Shown here: positions 63,817-64,000 of the stretch, piece by piece
Position numbering within the stretch: the first letter of the stretch is position 1
How the letters are laid out: each line of letters starts with the position of its first letter
Source: Octopus vulgaris
Lineage: Eukaryota
Assembly: GCA_951406725.2 (NCBI GenBank)
Contig: OX597834.1
Location: forward strand, 21,390,001 to 21,454,000
Length of the DNA stretch: 64,000 bases
Direction: 5' to 3'
The notes under the pieces: generated by a model
Seen by the model: only the letters and a program-made list of their open reading frames with translations
What the model was told of the DNA's origin: nothing
Database searches by the model: none
Position numbers and translations under genes: made by a program

Positions 63817-63832
63817 ATGGATGATGGTGATG
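63198..63832. repeat. Opposed (ATC)n and (GAT)n tracts
   Basis: (ATC)n at 63198-63425 faces (GAT)n at 63488-63832. Confidence 0.9.
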
Positions 63833-64000
63833 TAATTAATCCTTACTATTACAAGTGTTTTATCAATTCTGCTCAGCCAGAACGGTGTCAGTGGAATACT
63901 GGGGGTGAGGGGAACCCTTATCCGAGAACGCATTTGGTTCCGGTAAAGTTCAGATCATGTAACTCCGTTGCTGATGCTACACGATACGTCAGTCAAGGTT

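Noticed and set aside
63475-63933. 152-aa poly-His ORF and 63119-63451 poly-Asp ORF
   Set aside because: Trinucleotide-repeat read-through.

Overview
Eukaryotic, AT-rich, repeat-saturated non-coding DNA (large intron or intergenic), most consistent with an octopod cephalopod genome. That assignment is inferred from the repeat families and the extreme (TA)n/(CA)n/(ATC)n/(TAA)n/(GATA)n load; no database search was run. No intact protein-coding gene is recognisable, and nearly all listed ORFs are microsatellite read-throughs. The only recognisable protein remnants are transposon-derived: an R4/Dong-type LINE C-terminus (47972-48195 +), an L1/Tx1-type RT fragment with YADD (48436-48840 -), and mariner transposase C-termini inside MITEs. 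The window holds about five SINE-like families (labelled A-E here), hAT, Tc1/mariner and TTAA (piggyBac-type) MITEs, and a Helentron/HINE-like element. It also holds several (TA)n-embedded Penelope-like remnants with minimal hammerhead-ribozyme-like folds. Most worth following up: the hammerhead-like motifs, an 857-bp element with identical 115-bp terminal repeats nested in a SINE's internal microsatellite, a strand-asymmetric pre-miRNA-like hairpin (12704-12781), two long hairpins (6173-6366, 14734-14843), a CpG-retaining promoter-like domain (about 33.6-40.4 kb) and a consensus RFX X-box. Boundaries of degraded repeats were read by eye and are approximate.
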